Position numbers and translations under genes: made by a program. Shown one piece after another: positions 31,567 to 32,144 of a stretch of DNA of 32,144 nucleotides (its first letter is position 1; every line of letters starts with the position of its first letter). The DNA comes from Octopus bimaculoides. Lineage: Eukaryota. The notes below the pieces were generated by a model that searched no databases, had not been told where the DNA came from, and saw only the letters and a list, made by a program, of their open reading frames with translations. The DNA lies in contig NC_068992.1 of NCBI RefSeq assembly GCF_001194135.2, forward strand, positions 57,735,629-57,767,772, given 5' to 3'.

Positions 31567-31850
31567 TTCTGCATTCATTTAGACTCAAAGTTGAAGACCT
31601 CTACATCCACTCACACTTGAGACAAACAATCTCTGCATCCACTCACCCTCAAGGCTACAGAGTCCTGCTTTCACTCACACACAATCCTAAAGAACTTTAC
31701 ATCCACTCAACCTCAAAGCTACAGAACACTGCATACTTAAGGCCAAAGTACTCTACATCCATTCACCCTCAAGACTAAATATTCTGCATACACTCACCCT
31801 CAAGGCTAAAGAACTCTGCATACACTCACCCCCAGTAATAAAGATCTCTA
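31567..31850. repeat. 32-bp minisatellite, about 9 diverged units (consensus ~CTCTGCATCCACTCACCCTCAAGGCTAAAGAA)
   Basis: Units start at 31567, 31599, 31631, 31663, 31695, 31727 (24 bp, deleted), 31751, about 31783 and 31814. Confidence 0.9.
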
Positions 31851-32083
31851 GCTGAAATATCAAATTTTTCCTCCAAATATCAAACTGGTATTTATAAACA
31901 TACATATGAGTCAACAAAGGAATCTCGGTCTGCTAGGAATAACACTCAACTCTCTTTCAAATCAAGCTGCAACACCATAAAAAAGGAAGGACACAATGGA
32001 ATAATGTTGCCCTACATACACTTTGCTTGAGAAAAAAAGATGGGATAGACACAAGCTATTTTACTTGTTCAGGCATAACGACA

Positions 32084-32085
<2 letters not shown>

Positions 32086-32144
<59 letters not shown>
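32086..32144. repeat. (TG)n microsatellite
   Basis: Direct reading. Confidence 0.95.

Noticed and set aside
31567-31850. CRISPR-like repeat length (32 bp)
   Set aside because: Units are contiguous and mutually similar with no unique spacers, there are no cas genes, and the context is eukaryotic.

Overview
This window is eukaryotic, AT-rich, repeat-saturated non-coding DNA from a fragmented short-read assembly. It has 12 N-gaps totalling about 5.1 kb, nearly all flanked by microsatellites. The repeat families and the density of (TA)n/(CA)n/(GA)n/(GAT)n tracts look like an octopus (coleoid cephalopod) genome; that is an inference from repeat content. I recognise no host protein-coding gene, and the listed ORFs are almost all microsatellite, N-gap or SINE artefacts. 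Supported content: (1) dozens of tRNA-derived SINE copies built from shared modules, labelled here A, B, C, D, F and G (my labels, not database names); (2) two families of TTAA-flanked piggyBac-type MITEs; (3) a DD37D (maT-type) Tc1/mariner transposase relic and a mariner right end; (4) the C-terminal relic of a restriction-like-endonuclease (RLE) retroelement; (5) a Penelope-type terminal repeat with a decayed minimal hammerhead ribozyme motif; (6) a 32-bp minisatellite and other local duplications; (7) a few isolated candidate exons with strong splice signals, best at 29338-29436 (+) and 20248-20369 (-). There is no CRISPR array, rRNA or true tRNA gene. Element boundaries were placed by eye and are approximate unless a TSD or TIR is quoted.
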